Shown one piece after another: positions 63,103-64,000 of a stretch of DNA of 64,000 nucleotides. The first letter of the stretch is position 1, and every line of letters begins with the position of its first letter. The stretch spans positions 64,001-128,000 of the forward strand of contig JBCCHT010000025.1 in the NCBI GenBank assembly GCA_039028615.1, read 5' to 3'. Under the pieces are notes generated by a model that was given only the letters and a program-made list of their open reading frames with translations, was not told the origin of the DNA and did no database searches. A program made the position numbers and the translations under genes. The stretch is from Myxococcota bacterium (GTDB lineage Bacteria; Myxococcota_A; Polyangia; Nannocystales; Nannocystaceae).

Positions 63103-63138
63103 TAGTGGAAACGGCCGATCAACCGATCACGGAAATCG
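63103..63138 (-). promoter_or_regulatory. Promoter-like motif CGATTTnCGTGATCGGTTG-N11-CCACTA, copy 1
   Basis: Direct repeat of 62746-62781, 357 bp apart. Confidence 0.65.
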
Positions 63139-63204
63139 ACATGAAATCCGATTTGAAGTGTTTTTCTTACCGAACGCGCGACAACGAGCGCCTCGAGCCA
63201 CCCA

Positions 63205-63960
63205 CTAGGGCCGCACGCCCTCGAAGATGACGTTGTCGGCCAGGGCCCGGCCCCGCGTCAGTCCGGACTCGTCTTTGATGGTCCAGGCCAATAGAGGGAT
63301 GCCGAGCCGACGCAGCAGCCTCGGCGCGGGCTCGCGCAGCGAGGCCAGCTCGTAGCCCACGTAGTGCGGCCGGACCCAGGGCGCGGCGAGCAAGTGCTGC
63401 ACGATGGGTTTTTCGTGGGGCTTCATCTCCCAGTCCCGCGTGCGGCCGGCCAGCATGCCGCGCGGCAGGTCGGGCGCATGCTGCCGCAGCCAGTGCAGCG
63501 AGCGGGGGTTGAACGACTGCACCACGTAGCGCCCCGGCCAGCGACGCAGCACGTCGAGCACCCCTTGCTCGAGCCGCCCGATGGGGGACTCCGCCTTCAG
63601 CTCCACCACCACCGGGACGCGATCGGCCACGCACTCGAGCACCTGGTCGAGCGAGGGCACACGCTCGTCGCAGCTCGCCAGCTGCAGGCAGGTCAGGTCG
63701 TCGAGCGTGCAATCGCGAACCGCTCCCGGGCGGCCCGTCATGCGCTCGAGGGTCTCGTCGTGGAACACGACCACGCCGTCGTCGCGCGTGCGGTGCACGT
63801 CGAGCTCGATGGGGTAGCCCGCGGCCGCGGCCGCATCGAAGGCGGCCAGCGAGTTTTCCGGCCGCAGCTCGTCGTGCAGGCCACGATGAGCCACCGGCCG
63901 CCGCAGCAGCCACCCTGGCGCGTCTCCGCCCCGAATCAACGATCGCACGCGCGCCATCAT
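63205..63960 (-). CDS. Glycerophosphodiester phosphodiesterase family protein
   Basis: VAHRGL, PENSLAAF, IELDVHRTRD, VFHD, VELK, QSF, AWT. Confidence 0.93.
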   Translation of the reverse strand: MMARVRSLIRGGDAPGWLLRRPVAHRGLHDELRPENSLAAFDAAAAAGYPIELDVHRTRDDGVVVFHDETLERMTGRPGAVRDCTLDDLTCLQLASCDERVPSLDQVLECVADRVPVVVELKAESPIGRLEQGVLDVLRRWPGRYVVQSFNPRSLHWLRQHAPDLPRGMLAGRTRDWEMKPHEKPIVQHLLAAPWVRPHYVGYELASLREPAPRLLRRLGIPLLAWTIKDESGLTRGRALADNVIFEGVRP

Positions 63961-64000
63961 GCGACGGCCCCCCCGACGGGACAATCGCCCGGATCACCGA

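Noticed and set aside
62444..63138. CRISPR array, tRNA cluster or plus-strand CsrB-like RNA
   Set aside because: No identical direct repeats with spacers and no cloverleaf. GGA motifs exist on the plus strand, but the terminator U-tract is on the minus strand. A plus-strand RNA is not formally excluded without RNA data.
62230..63230. Short ORFs in the GDPD-DUF1592 gap
   Set aside because: Atypical composition, homopolymer-derived residues and no motifs; hairpin structure explains the region better

Overview
GC-rich window that looks myxobacterial, probably Nannocystaceae-like (inferred from a MYXO-CTERM protein, three Ser/Thr kinases, four ECF sigma factors, a DUF1592/DUF1552 pair and many lipoproteins). 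It holds about 39 probable genes. I saw no rRNA, tRNA, CRISPR array or mobile element. Two features stand out. (1) At 11.4-21.0 kb, a lipoprotein TPR-CHAT (caspase-like) protease, a lipoprotein subtilase, an ECF sigma and a membrane anti-sigma cluster together. Three exact copies of the motif CCGTCAC-N15-CGTCCA lie upstream of the subtilase-sigma-antisigma operon and of two uncharacterised genes, one encoding an 8-repeat (W/F/Y)T(R/K)xG...NDxH protein. This reads as a candidate protease-triggered ECF regulon. (2) At 62.4-63.1 kb, a region with no convincing CDS contains two copies of a 36-bp promoter-like motif 357 bp apart, a chain of hairpins with CCCCC(A)A loops and a strong minus-strand terminator. 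This is a candidate tandem pair of C-loop small RNAs. Also present: an orphan T6SS-effector-like M23 module, a Cys-rich lipoprotein/ferritin-like pair, a sigma/anti-sigma fusion, a GspC-MepA fusion, several pseudo-enzymes and a 2865-aa surface protein with anchors at both ends. All family calls come from motif recognition by eye; no searches were run.
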